From: a virus | Length of the DNA: 64,000 nt | Strand: one strand, 5' to 3' | Virus record (IMG/VR): IMGVR_UViG_3300012204_000008 | Span: 1-64,000 of that record | Part shown: positions 1 to 9,476 of the stretch, one piece after another | Layout: each line of letters opens with the position of its first letter | How positions within the stretch are numbered: the stretch's first letter is position 1 | Notes under the pieces: generated by a model | Database searches by the model: none | What the model was told of the DNA's origin: nothing | What the model saw: only the letters and a program-made list of their open reading frames with translations | Translations under genes and position numbers: made by a program

Positions 1-136
<136 letters not shown>

Positions 137-820
137 GAACCAACCTGATTATCAAGCGCGCTCAAACCCTACCCTCACCAGTTTTCCGTCACTAGGCTGC
201 CTGTAGGCCAACCGGCCAGCTCACCACCCAAAGGGGCAACCAATGCAGCACACAACCGTGCACGAAAACTGGGTACTAGCGAAACTCCCATTGGAACAAG
301 CAAGAGCCCTCATGGCGCTCGGGACCCTCTCTTCCCTGCCCGTCACAGGCCAAACCCCGCCGCCGCCGTCCAAGCGCCAGGCCAAGGATCGCTCAGGCCG
401 GGCGGCTAGGAGGTCGAGTAATTCCAACAAAACGGTGAAAGCGGTTGGGGGCCGCAAGAACCCAATCGTTGCTATCTACACCGCAGACCTCGGAACCGTA
501 GCCCGCGACCCAGAGCAAGACTTAGGTTTCTACACCCGTTCCCCACAAAATCCAGGCGGAAATCGCGCAGGAAAAGGAGCGTAAGAAACCAATGCCGTTT
601 ACAATCTACGTAATCCTGCATGAGGACGTCAGCGAGAAAGAAGCAATGCGGATCTCAGCAGTAATATACAACGACTACGAAGAAGTCACAGACGTTGAGA
701 CGCGAGAAGAGTGACAATGAGATTCGTACTAGCAAATGCCGATAAGCCGCATCGCTGCCCTAAGTGCCACGCAATTTGCGCGCCGGTAGCGCGATGGTGG
801 CGAACTCACTCGTGCCATAA

Positions 821-1276
821 GTGCGGCGTAAGATGGTGGAGGGGATTGGGCTCATGGAAATGAACAGAGAAGAAATCCGCCGGGCAGTTCTCGAAGCCCT
901 AACCTTGCTGTGGAAAGACGAGCTCAATGAGGACGAACTCTACCTCCTGGAAGATATCCAAGACAAGTCGGAAGTTACAGAAGTCGTCCACGAGCCAACC
1001 GGCCAGATTTTCCACTTGTTCTACGTTGCCGATGGTGACTGCCCATTCAACGTTTGGGCAACGGAATCGCCAACCGAAGAATTCGGCGTTGAACTTGAAG
1101 AGGCTCCTTGGTTCGGTTTACCGCCGGGTTTAGCCCATACTGGAAACTTTAACGCTGACCCGGATTACGTGTGGGGCCTTTTCAACCGGCCGGCGGACGG
1201 CACTGAAACTCCCCATCCAATGATGACTTTCAGGAACGGCACTCCGCTCCCTTACAACCCGCCGACGCCAAACTAG
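821..1276 (+). CDS. Hypothetical acidic early protein
   Basis: 151-aa ORF with natural protein composition; the true start is probably a slightly downstream ATG. Confidence 0.6.
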   Translation: MRRKMVEGIGLMEMNREEIRRAVLEALTLLWKDELNEDELYLLEDIQDKSEVTEVVHEPTGQIFHLFYVADGDCPFNVWATESPTEEFGVELEEAPWFGLPPGLAHTGNFNADPDYVWGLFNRPADGTETPHPMMTFRNGTPLPYNPPTPN

Positions 1277-1316
1277 AACCCCTCCCCCTCCTCTAACTCT
1301 CTAAAGGACATTTCCA

Positions 1317-1839
1317 ATGTGGAAAATAAAGAAGAAGCCAGCCGTCACCAACGCCCCCATACTAGGCAATGAGATAGTTGCCATGAGTTGCGTCACGTTC
1401 GTGAAAAAGCACAAACACCTTCTCATGGACATGCGCTGTGACTGGTACAACAAAGATCTCAGGGTCGAGTTCGGAGAACTAGCAGCGCAAGAGGGCTTCA
1501 TTTTTGTTGGTATGGGGAGTACAAGAGTCGCTTTGAAAATTGACAACGTAGTCTATAAGGTCAACTACAACGGTGACCGCTACCAGGTCAGCAACGAGAA
1601 CAATCTCTTCTCCAGAATCAAGGATGAGGGTAGACCTTGGACCCCAGACTTCTATTACTTCGCCAAACTTGGTGTAATGGCTATGCACCACTACGAGTTA
1701 GTAGACTCCAATATACGGTAGGAGTCCAGAACAAAAGCGCCAGCTTCGGGAGATGCAAGAATTCTCAGGTGATCTCCACGAAAAGAACGTGAGTCTGAAA
1801 GGCGACGGGAACCTTGTTCTGATAGACGGAGGCTGCTAA
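1317..1839 (+). pseudogene. Protein kinase-like gene (APH/RIO/ePK fold) split by a +1 frameshift near 1705-1719
   Basis: Frame 0 carries a GMGSTRVA glycine loop, VVYKV lysine and downstream E. The +1 frame continues GDLHEKNV...LVLIDGGC* (catalytic loop and DFG-like motif) and ends at TAA 1839, directly before the next ATG. Confidence 0.7.
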
Positions 1840-2022
1840 ATGAATAAACCACCGCCAACAGTCGTAATAGCTATTATGATCTTGCTACTGATGGCCGCCA
1901 CAATTTCCTACCAGATCGGTAGGAGTTACTATAAAAAATCAATTCCCGTATGTCACAGCGAGCAAGAAGATTCCAAGATCTTAGACTGTGACTATCATGA
2001 TGGAGGTTGGTATCAGAAGTGA
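1840..2022 (+). CDS. Small membrane-anchored protein
   Basis: N-terminal hydrophobic helix and a C-terminal Cys pair; abuts the upstream stop. Confidence 0.6.
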   Translation: MNKPPPTVVIAIMILLLMAATISYQIGRSYYKKSIPVCHSEQEDSKILDCDYHDGGWYQK

Positions 2023-2315
2023 AAAAGATCAAGGAGGAAGTAAGAAGGATTCAAGAGCTACGCCGTAGTTCTGCCGCCTCCCCGGTCGTAAGAACAAAGA
2101 ACCGTGCAAAAGAAAAGTTACTAGCCATCAAGGAGAGCAAGAACTCATGAAATTTGAAGTCACGGAAGAAGAGTTTCAAATGATCATGTGGGCAATTGAC
2201 GATGAGGAAGAGTCTCTGACTGACATCGAGGATTGGGAGGGAAGTAAACAATTCAGAGATCTTTTCCTCAAGTTACACTCACAAAGCATAGAAAAGTAAT
2301 CCAACCGTTTCTACC

Positions 2316-2324
2316 TGCTATAAT
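2316..2324 (+). promoter_or_regulatory. Extended -10 promoter (TGcTATAAT)
   Basis: Consensus match in an intergenic gap upstream of a TAGGAG RBS. Confidence 0.55.
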
Positions 2325-2798
2325 TAGCTAGCCGCCTCTTATAGGAGTAAAGAAATGAGCAATCAGGACAAACGACTCACTACCCATCCCTACCGCCAGG
2401 CCAGAAGGGAAGCCGCTAGACTTCGCTTGAAGCAACAGAATAACCTGGAACAAACCCATAAGGTTTACCGTGCGGTTGATCTCCGCGATCCGAAGCTAAG
2501 GGAAAAGAAGTGATAAACAAGAAACCGAGACCAGTCCCGCCTTGCCCTTGTGAATGTAATCGCGGTGGTTTCTGTGGTGGCTGCTCTCACGCAGGCTGTG
2601 GAGGTAGAAATAGGCGTATTTCTACCAGGCCCTAGACCGCCTGGTACGCCCACAGAACGTAAACCCCTAACCCGCCTAGCCAAAAGCTATTCAGTACGGT
2701 CTGAGCGCTGTCTAGCCACCAAAGCGGGCCACACCGCAACACAACGCAAGCCGCCCAAGCGCCCAACGCACAGCGCAACGCCAAAAGAAGGAGGAATA

Positions 2799-3136
2799 AT
2801 GGAGTTCCTGATGCACATAGACGTTGCGGACCTTCTCATCCGACAGGAAATGGCACTGGCCGACGAGGGAATCGGGGCCAAAGATTCTAAGTCCAGTGAT
2901 GCAGAGCTTCTTCAACAAGCAGTCGCTGTCGCTCGTGACCGATTCGATGATCACGACCTATGGGAGATAGCTCTACTATCGGACGAACTCCATCAAGACT
3001 GTCATCGCTGGCCGTGCAAAAAGCGCTTGACCAATTTGTTTGGGACGATGATCCAGACACTGAAGGCTGGCAAGAGCAGCAGCGCCTTGCTAGGGAAACA
3101 GTTACGAACTGGCTCCATAGCACAGGAAACGTCTAA
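2799..3136 (+). CDS. Hypothetical protein with an apparent frameshift near 2990
   Basis: GGAGG RBS plus ATG 2799. A protein-like continuation (PSRLSSLAVQKALDQFVWDD...NV*) lies in the -1 frame. Confidence 0.5.
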
Positions 3137-3152
3137 CAAAAGGAGTAAAATA

Positions 3153-3311
3153 ATGAGCGTTGAATTAACAGAAGTAGAGCTTCAAATACTGATAGAGGCT
3201 CTTGACGACTCAATAGAACTCTTCGAGGATTGCGGTGATGTAGTCAATTCCGAAAAGTTCGCCTCACTTCAGGAAAAGCTTAGTGCCCAGTTGGATCTCA
3301 TTTCAAAGTAA
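3153..3311 (+). CDS. Small hypothetical protein
   Basis: AAGGAG RBS plus ATG; this is the C-terminal part of the artefactual ORF 2550-3311. Confidence 0.6.
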   Translation: MSVELTEVELQILIEALDDSIELFEDCGDVVNSEKFASLQEKLSAQLDLISK

Positions 3312-3320
3312 GGAGTAAGA

Positions 3321-3485
3321 ATGTCAGAAACAAAGATAGAGTTCACCAGGCTTCGCGAAACCAAGAATACCGTTGTATTTGAAGAAGTAAACAACTCCGA
3401 TGAACGCGATGTCATCGGTAAGCTTTACATCAAGAAAAGCATAGCTGGAAACGCAGAAAAGGTCATAGTTACACTAGAGCTCTAA
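3321..3485 (+). CDS. Small hypothetical protein (54 aa)
   Basis: AAGGAG RBS; MSETKIEFTRLRETKNTVVFEE...; below the ORF-track cut-off. Confidence 0.6.
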   Translation: MSETKIEFTRLRETKNTVVFEEVNNSDERDVIGKLYIKKSIAGNAEKVIVTLEL

Positions 3486-3877
3486 AAGAAAAGGAAAAGA
3501 GAAAATGGAACCCGGATGGGCAGCAAGGGAACAAACGCGAGAGCCAGGATTTTTCTACGACATGGCTCGTAATATCCATGAGCAAACCGATCAACCTCTA
3601 CTTATCTTGCTAGACGCTTTGTTGTTTGGTAACGAGCAAGCAAGAGCAGAGGTTGACCAATACGTTGATGACGTAGACAAATGAAGATACGAATTACAGT
3701 TGAAGCGGAAATAGGTGGTCTATTTCCTGAAGAAACAGCGGGGGGAAATTGTAGGTCTAGTGGAAACGCTCTTTGGTCTACTGGACTACAACCACTTGGT
3801 TACAAGCGAGGTTCTTCCTAGTAATGTAAATTATTCATCTGAATGGAAGGGAAACTAGAAGGAGCGATGGGAAACTA

Positions 3878-4153
3878 ATGACCTCCATCTCAAAGAAAAT
3901 GTGTAGGAAATGTCTGGAGCGCAAACCAGTCTCAGACTTTTACACATTAGAAACCATAAACGATGGTTTAGACTGCTACTGCAAGGAATGTAGGCGTATC
4001 CTGCTTATTGAATGGAGGAGGAATAACAGGAATTTGATAAATGCCTACCAAAGAAATTGGGCCGAAAAGAACAAAGAAAAGATAGCTGCAATCAATAAGA
4101 GATATCATCAAAAGAAAAAGAGGGAAAAGGAGGAGAAAGAGAGAAACAAATGA
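3878..4153 (+). CDS. Zn-finger protein resembling the N-terminus of HNH/EndoVII endonucleases
   Basis: CRKC...DGLDCYCKEC followed by a basic helix; no nuclease core. Confidence 0.6.
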   Translation: MTSISKKMCRKCLERKPVSDFYTLETINDGLDCYCKECRRILLIEWRRNNRNLINAYQRNWAEKNKEKIAAINKRYHQKKKREKEEKERNK

Positions 4154-4509
4154 ACGAGGATCTTATTTACTGTGATGACAGATGCCTTTTCGCAAAAAAT
4201 AACGACTGCGATTGTACCATTTGCAACGGTCTCTCTCACCGAAAAGGCTGGGAAATCGCCGATCTTCCTCCTGCCATTAGGACGGCCGCGGGGCGTAGAG
4301 TTCCCCTTCTTAGGGCTGGAACCCGCGAATTCCAAGACGCCGAGAAAGTTTATAAAATGACGCAAGACGGTTTCACCAGGCGCGAGGTTGCAGAGATCTA
4401 CTTCGTCTCCATTTCAACAATTCGCAGGATGATCCGTAGCTACCTAGCATCAATAGAGACAAAGAAAACCGAATCCGTAGTCGCAATAAGAGTATCAGCT
4501 GCCAATTGA
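4150..4509 (+). CDS. Cys-rich plus helix-turn-helix DNA-binding protein
   Basis: CDDRC...CDCTICNGLSH, then GFTRREVAEIYFVSISTIRRMI (HTH). Confidence 0.6.
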   Translation: MNEDLIYCDDRCLFAKNNDCDCTICNGLSHRKGWEIADLPPAIRTAAGRRVPLLRAGTREFQDAEKVYKMTQDGFTRREVAEIYFVSISTIRRMIRSYLASIETKKTESVVAIRVSAAN

Positions 4510-4910
4510 GGAAAGGAAAACAAGCCATGGTCAACAAAGAAAGAGTTGAGCTATTGTGCCAGGCACTAGAAAGTGGGAAATTTGAGCAGTGTAAGGGCTT
4601 TATGCATCGGAAAGTGGAAGGCAGAAATTATTATTGCTGTCTGGGAGTAGCTTGTGAAGTCGCAATACGAAACGGTGTGAGTCTTGAAGTAGGAGAATCC
4701 GATAAACTATTCGGAGAGACATCAGTAACATACGACGATGCGGAGTACTCACTGCCATTGAGAGTTATGAAATGGTATGGCTTCTCTCATCAAAATCCAT
4801 ATCTATCTTCAAGTAAGCCTGATGCATCAGCAGCCGATATGAACGATCGCGGTATTCCTTTCCTAAAGATCTCAAAAGCTTTCAGAGAGACCTATCTAAA
4901 TAGGGACTAG
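4506..4910 (+). CDS. Conserved phage hypothetical protein (YCCLGVAC family)
   Basis: ALESGKFEQ...YCCLGVAC...MND motif pattern typical of a phage early-gene family. Confidence 0.65.
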   Translation: MRKGKQAMVNKERVELLCQALESGKFEQCKGFMHRKVEGRNYYCCLGVACEVAIRNGVSLEVGESDKLFGETSVTYDDAEYSLPLRVMKWYGFSHQNPYLSSSKPDASAADMNDRGIPFLKISKAFRETYLNRD

Positions 4911-5066
4911 AATGACAACTAAGCCGCGGAAGAATCCAGATTGGAAAACAAAACAGGAAAGGAAATTAGCGAGAAGGTTAAAGAGTTTCCAAGAGATGGC
5001 AAATAGCACGAGGCGTGAGAGTGGTTTCTTTTTCCATAAGCCCGGAAGCCTCAACCCTAGAAAGTA

Positions 5067-5375
5067 ATGGAGAAAGTAATGGAGAAAAAAATGCACAATG
5101 AAAGTTCAGATTTAGCCGGAAAAACAGTTAGGATCAAAGAAGGCGTTAGGGATCCGATGCAGGCAATGGTATTGCCTGGCGAACTATACCGAATAGAAGA
5201 TTGGTGGGATAAGCTAACAGGGAAATCGTGGCAGGAAGCAACTGGAAATATAGCGGCATTGCAGTATGCAATTCGTGCCGCCTATAATTTCCTCTCTCCA
5301 GACGATGAAGTCTTGTACGGCCATATAGGTGCATTTGGGCATCTAGTTCACATCTCAGAGATAGAGGAAGTGTAG
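5067..5375 (+). CDS. Hypothetical protein
   Basis: Protein-like ORF in a tightly packed operon. Confidence 0.6.
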   Translation: MEKVMEKKMHNESSDLAGKTVRIKEGVRDPMQAMVLPGELYRIEDWWDKLTGKSWQEATGNIAALQYAIRAAYNFLSPDDEVLYGHIGAFGHLVHISEIEEV

Positions 5376-5689
5376 TGAAAATTACAGCAACTGACCTCCG
5401 TATCTTACTAGATACGCTTTCGGACAAAAGTCCAGAGGAGATCTCTAACTGGTTGTGTGCTAACGAAATAAAGGGAATGCGATATTCTTTTTCCAATTGT
5501 CCGGTTGCTAATTGGATCAGAAAAGAGTTTAGTCTTAGTGATTCGGATCGATCTTTGGTAGTTCATAGTAGAAATGTGTTGATCGGAACCGAGGGAAGAC
5601 GTACTGTTAGTATAGATGTACCATCGAATCTCACGAAATTTATCAGTAATTTCGACAATGGCGTTTATCCGGAGTTGGTCAAGAAATGA
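5375..5689 (+). CDS. Hypothetical protein
   Basis: CPVANW...FDNGVYPEL; stop/start overlap with neighbours. Confidence 0.6.
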   Translation: MKITATDLRILLDTLSDKSPEEISNWLCANEIKGMRYSFSNCPVANWIRKEFSLSDSDRSLVVHSRNVLIGTEGRRTVSIDVPSNLTKFISNFDNGVYPELVKK

Positions 5690-5967
5690 AAAAGAAATTA
5701 GCAATCATCGTTATCCCCGCCTCTCTCCTCTCACTTATTTCCGTGGCGGGATGCGAGCAGTACAAAGACGAAAGAGGTAGAGGTGATGCGCCGGTAGCGG
5801 CTGGTCGTGACGACACGCCAGCACACGTAATCAATTTCCCAGATAACTTCGGTAACGTTGCGTGGAAGTGCGTTGGACCAGACAAAGTATTCGTTTCTTC
5901 AAGATCTGGTACCGACAACTCTTCCTCGCTTGTCGTGACTCCAAACCGCAAGGACTGCGAGAAATAG
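5686..5967 (+). CDS. Putative lipoprotein
   Basis: MKKK, hydrophobic stretch and lipobox-like VAGC. Confidence 0.6.
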   Translation: MKKKLAIIVIPASLLSLISVAGCEQYKDERGRGDAPVAAGRDDTPAHVINFPDNFGNVAWKCVGPDKVFVSSRSGTDNSSSLVVTPNRKDCEK

Positions 5968-6075
5968 AGAAGCGCATGAACGTCTTTGAGATCTTTGGGG
6001 TTATAGGAATTGGGATACTAGTGATCCTGTTTCTTGATTTCTTTATTCGTGAATATCTAGCAGAAAGGAAGAAAA

Positions 6076-6417
6076 ATGGAAGAAACGGAAGAGACGATGA
6101 AGATTCTCCCGAGTGATGCAGGAACTTGGCTAGACGGTAGTATGGGCTGGCATAATATCTACAGAGTGGTTGACCTAGCTAGAGACTATGGATTTCAGCT
6201 TACGGAAGAGGAATTTAGAATTCTAAAGTTCTTCCGAGGGCTTAAAAGTCTCACGGCTGTTTCACTCAATAAGTGGAAGGAGAATTGGGACCTCGTTGAG
6301 GAAATGGACCAAATCTCTACCAAGGCTTACGAGCATTTAAATAGCCTAGCCCCAGATGGTTTTCAGTTTGAATGGGACGGATACGAACTATTTCTAGTTC
6401 CAATTGACGAGGAGTAA
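6076..6417 (+). CDS. Hypothetical protein
   Basis: 113-aa protein-like ORF. Confidence 0.6.
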   Translation: MEETEETMKILPSDAGTWLDGSMGWHNIYRVVDLARDYGFQLTEEEFRILKFFRGLKSLTAVSLNKWKENWDLVEEMDQISTKAYEHLNSLAPDGFQFEWDGYELFLVPIDEE

Positions 6418-6447
6418 ACTACCCGTTTCTCAGATTGGAGAAATTTT

Positions 6448-6615
6448 ATGACAGACTTCAAGGTCGGCGACCGAGTGTTCTATGTAACCAACGGCCCTTC
6501 AGACACTGGAACAATTATTAGAATTGACCTAGACGGGTTTTACGGAGTTAATTGGGATAAAGATCCAGATACGGATGCCTATGACTCTGACCAACTAAGA
6601 CATGTAACTGAATAA
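6448..6615 (+). CDS. Small SH3/KOW-like protein (55 aa)
   Basis: GGAG RBS; MTDFKVGDRV...GTI...GVNWD pattern. Confidence 0.55.
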   Translation: MTDFKVGDRVFYVTNGPSDTGTIIRIDLDGFYGVNWDKDPDTDAYDSDQLRHVTE

Positions 6616-6652
6616 AACCGATAAAACCAGAACAAGTTTCTGGTGTTTCCAA

Positions 6653-6661
6653 TGCTATACT
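6653..6661 (+). promoter_or_regulatory. Extended -10 promoter (TGcTATACT)
   Basis: Intergenic, upstream of a structured segment. Confidence 0.5.
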
Positions 6662-6694
6662 TGCAGTAGCAAGCCAATAGTTCAAAAAAAACTT

Positions 6695-6789
6695 GGTTGG
6701 GAGAAAGCACCCGGACGGTAGGTCTGGCAGCCTGCTAAGGGTCCGCTTGTGCCAGCAGGAGGCGGGAAATTAAGGGACCGCTCCCAACC
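6695..6789 (+). ncRNA. Putative structured ncRNA
   Basis: GGTTGGGAG/CTCCCAACC closing stem, with internal hairpins CCGGAC/GTCTGG and CCTGCT/AGCAGG. Confidence 0.45.
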
Positions 6790-6857
6790 TTTTAGCCTCC
6801 GTAGCATAACGGTAATGCTTTCAGACAAACTATAAGGGAAATCACGGAGAGGAAGCA

Positions 6858-7100
6858 ATGACCCACATTCAAGGTGGAGTTTACTACGCCACCACTAAGA
6901 AAGCTCTGAAAGAGCAAGTGAGCAACGACCCTGAGAGTGTTGGTTTCTTCAACACTAGCCCCATGGGACCACAATGGAGCGGTCCTATTAGTGAGCTCCC
7001 AGACGGTGTAACTCTAACCATAGTTGGCCCTGACCCTGACAAGAGTCGGAAGTGGTATGCCAATATCAGGAGGGTAAACGGAAAATTCAAAGTTACTTAG
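6858..7100 (+). CDS. Hypothetical protein
   Basis: GAGG RBS; TKKALKE...VGPDP..RKWYANI motif. Confidence 0.65.
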   Translation: MTHIQGGVYYATTKKALKEQVSNDPESVGFFNTSPMGPQWSGPISELPDGVTLTIVGPDPDKSRKWYANIRRVNGKFKVT

Positions 7101-7118
7101 GGCGATCAAAACAATTAG

Positions 7119-7191
7119 CCCCGCGTAATTCAACGGATAGAAATCCGGTCCTCTAAACCGGAAGTTGCAGGTTCGATTCCTGTCGCGGGGA
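7119..7191 (+). tRNA. tRNA-Arg(UCU)
   Basis: Acceptor CCCCGCG/CGCGGGG; anticodon stem CCGGT/ACCGG with loop CC-TCT-AA; T arm GCAGG-TTCGATT-CCTGT. CCA is not encoded. Confidence 0.9.
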
Positions 7192-7229
7192 CGAGAAATA
7201 AAAAAAAGGAGAAAGGAAAGGAGAGGAAA

Positions 7230-7610
7230 ATGAACCTAATAGAATACGGCGCAATTGCAACACACTTAGGGATCGGACTTGTCTCTGGCCGTGTGGTAGG
7301 TAGAGCAGCCTATCATGATCATAGAGGGGAAGAATGTTGCCAATTTCATGCTCATTGTTTTCCATATAAGAAAGATGGTTCTGAGTGTAAGTTCTATTAT
7401 CCCAAAAATGAGGAGGCTCATCTTTTCGGGCTTCTTGCTGGGTTACTAACAATGGTCTTTTGGCCAATTATTTTGATTGTAGCGGCAAGTATAGCTTTCT
7501 TTACTTACGAGATCCCAAAACTTCCAACGCGCGGCCGGAGAAAAGAACTCGCGAAGGCAAAACGAGTCAAAGAAATTGAGCGACTAGAGAAGGAGTTGGG
7601 AATTAAATAA
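7230..7610 (+). CDS. Membrane protein
   Basis: Hydrophobic helices with FWPI; C-terminal IERLEKELG. Confidence 0.65.
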   Translation: MNLIEYGAIATHLGIGLVSGRVVGRAAYHDHRGEECCQFHAHCFPYKKDGSECKFYYPKNEEAHLFGLLAGLLTMVFWPIILIVAASIAFFTYEIPKLPTRGRRKELAKAKRVKEIERLEKELGIK

Positions 7611-7799
7611 ATGGACGAGATAACACAAAAGATCTTGGAAATTAACGAAGAAGAGGACGAGATAGAAATTATTCTCTTAAAAGAGTGGTTCGTATGGTGG
7701 TTTACAGATAACTCCCTACCGGGAAAGCTCCCAAACTACTTACACACCAGAACCTTAGTCCACTTAGCTGAAGTCTTTTTTGAGAAAGACAAGAAGTAA
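7611..7799 (+). CDS. Hypothetical protein
   Basis: Abuts the upstream stop. Confidence 0.5.
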   Translation: MDEITQKILEINEEEDEIEIILLKEWFVWWFTDNSLPGKLPNYLHTRTLVHLAEVFFEKDKK

Positions 7800-7805
7800 T
7801 CTCTA

Positions 7806-7878
7806 CCGGGTAGGTCGGAATGGTTTTCCGAACCACTCTTATAAGGTGGTAAAGCTGGTCCAATTCCAGATACCCGGA
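7806..7878 (+). tRNA. Atypical tRNA-Ile(UAU)
   Basis: Acceptor CCGGGTA/TACCCGG; D arm TCGGA/TCCGA; anticodon stem CCACT/GGTGG with loop CT-TAT-AA; T arm CTGG-TCCAATT-CCAG (non-canonical loop; G at positions 8-9). Confidence 0.7.
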
Positions 7879-7904
7879 CTCCATAATCGAAGGGAGAGAA
7901 TAGA

Positions 7905-8594
7905 ATGGAAATACTTGACGTCGGAGTGGTAGAGTATGGCCGAATGGGTTACGATAACGCCAACGCTAGGCTTCAACTCTTAATTGACCAAGAACCAGTT
8001 TGGCTTCCTTACGAGTTCTACTCAGAGTATATAGGGAGAGAGATTGTCTGGGCAGTACAGAGAGACGAAACAGGTCTATTCGTTAGATACTGTATGGCTT
8101 ATATAAAGGATCAGAAGGTTAGGCATCGCCAAGGAATGGGAGTAATAAGCGCCTTCAATAATTCGGTTGGTCTAACCAACGCTTGGAGCAGCAACCCTAG
8201 TTCACTTGCGGAGCACTTAGGAATTGAAGTTGCAGGCGGTGCCTATTTTGCCAATGACCGCCACTCTATCGGAATGGCAATTGGAATAGACGTCAGGCAG
8301 ATCAATCCAATTCTTTCAGTGTTTTGCTCAGAATACTGCATGGTTAAGGTTTCCTTCCGCCATGGAAATTTTTGGGAGCCGTTGAAATTTGGTTACCTTA
8401 CTCATAAGACAATGAAATTCAGAGAAAAGTGCAATAGAACTGAATGGGAAAGTTGTAATAATGTGGATCATTATGTCAATATTCTTGAAAGAGACAAGCA
8501 CGCTGAGATAATTCCACTGGGAACAATAGATGCAGAGCCAAAAGGACGATCAGTAAGCGATCAATTTAGCGATCCCCAAAACTCCGTATTGTAA
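7905..8594 (+). CDS. Hypothetical protein
   Basis: 229-aa ORF with a GGGAG RBS. Confidence 0.65.
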   Translation: MEILDVGVVEYGRMGYDNANARLQLLIDQEPVWLPYEFYSEYIGREIVWAVQRDETGLFVRYCMAYIKDQKVRHRQGMGVISAFNNSVGLTNAWSSNPSSLAEHLGIEVAGGAYFANDRHSIGMAIGIDVRQINPILSVFCSEYCMVKVSFRHGNFWEPLKFGYLTHKTMKFREKCNRTEWESCNNVDHYVNILERDKHAEIIPLGTIDAEPKGRSVSDQFSDPQNSVL

Positions 8595-8634
8595 ACTGTA
8601 GTTGTAGCCACCAAACAATAGGAGTAAGATCCCA

Positions 8635-9099
8635 ATGTCGATCAGGTGCGGTAAAGGCCACTACCACGATACAGTGGCAGAAGTAAGAGACTGCTATGAA
8701 GTAGTACCAGAAGGTACACAGCCAGACATCAAAAACTATAGGGTAGGGATCAAAGAAGAAATCTCACGAGTAGCCGAGAAGTTACCGCTTGTGGACAAGG
8801 CCCATTATGCAGTGGAGATAGACGGGGAGTTGAAATTCTATCAAGTGGATAGGCCGAGGGAAGGAAAGTGGAAAGGTTTTCTCTTCCTCAAGGTACAGGC
8901 AAGTGACGAAACCTTTCCTATCAAAAGCCCGCAACAAAGACTTCGAATCCTGACAGCTATCGCGGAAGATTATCCATCCGCTATGCGGCGATACGTCCAG
9001 GAAATAGGAAGATGCTGCATTTGTAACCGTACTTTGACGAATGAAGACAGTAGGGCATTCGGAATCGGCCCAATTTGCCGTTCAAAAGTAAACTTCTAG
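8635..9099 (+). CDS. DUF6011-like Zn-finger protein
   Basis: C-terminal GRCCICNRTLT.EDSR..GIGPIC signature. Confidence 0.75.
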   Translation: MSIRCGKGHYHDTVAEVRDCYEVVPEGTQPDIKNYRVGIKEEISRVAEKLPLVDKAHYAVEIDGELKFYQVDRPREGKWKGFLFLKVQASDETFPIKSPQQRLRILTAIAEDYPSAMRRYVQEIGRCCICNRTLTNEDSRAFGIGPICRSKVNF

Positions 9100-9251
9100 G
9101 AGAAGAGAAATGAGATTCTTCACTGCAATTCTAATTGGAATTGTTTCCTCAAGCGTTGGCGAGGATATCGCAGAGATCCTTGCTATCAAAGAACCATGGA
9201 AAAAACTCATAATCAATATGACTCTAGTGAGCATTCTGTTCACAATATTTT

Positions 9252-9476
9252 TTGCCATCTCTTAGAAACAAGGAGAAAAAAATGGATCATCAAAATGTAG
9301 TTGTGCAGTATCATGAAGATGGTGAGATCAGTGTAAGCGCTGTCTTCGCGTGTAAAGGTCAGCCAGGCGAAATAGTTGACGCCTTAGAAGATTTCTCACA
9401 GGAATGCAATGAAGCTGCTGATGAACTCTATAAACTTCGAGTAAAGCGCCTAACGAAAATATTTGAAAAGGAATAG
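9252..9476 (+). CDS. Hypothetical protein
   Basis: AAGGAG RBS before the internal ATG (MDHQN). Confidence 0.5.
   Translation: MPSLRNKEKKMDHQNVVVQYHEDGEISVSAVFACKGQPGEIVDALEDFSQECNEAADELYKLRVKRLTKIFEKE

Noticed and set aside
2550-3311. 253-aa ORF as a single gene
   Set aside because: It merges non-coding upstream sequence, a gene starting at 2799 with a probable frameshift, and a separate gene at 3153 with its own RBS.
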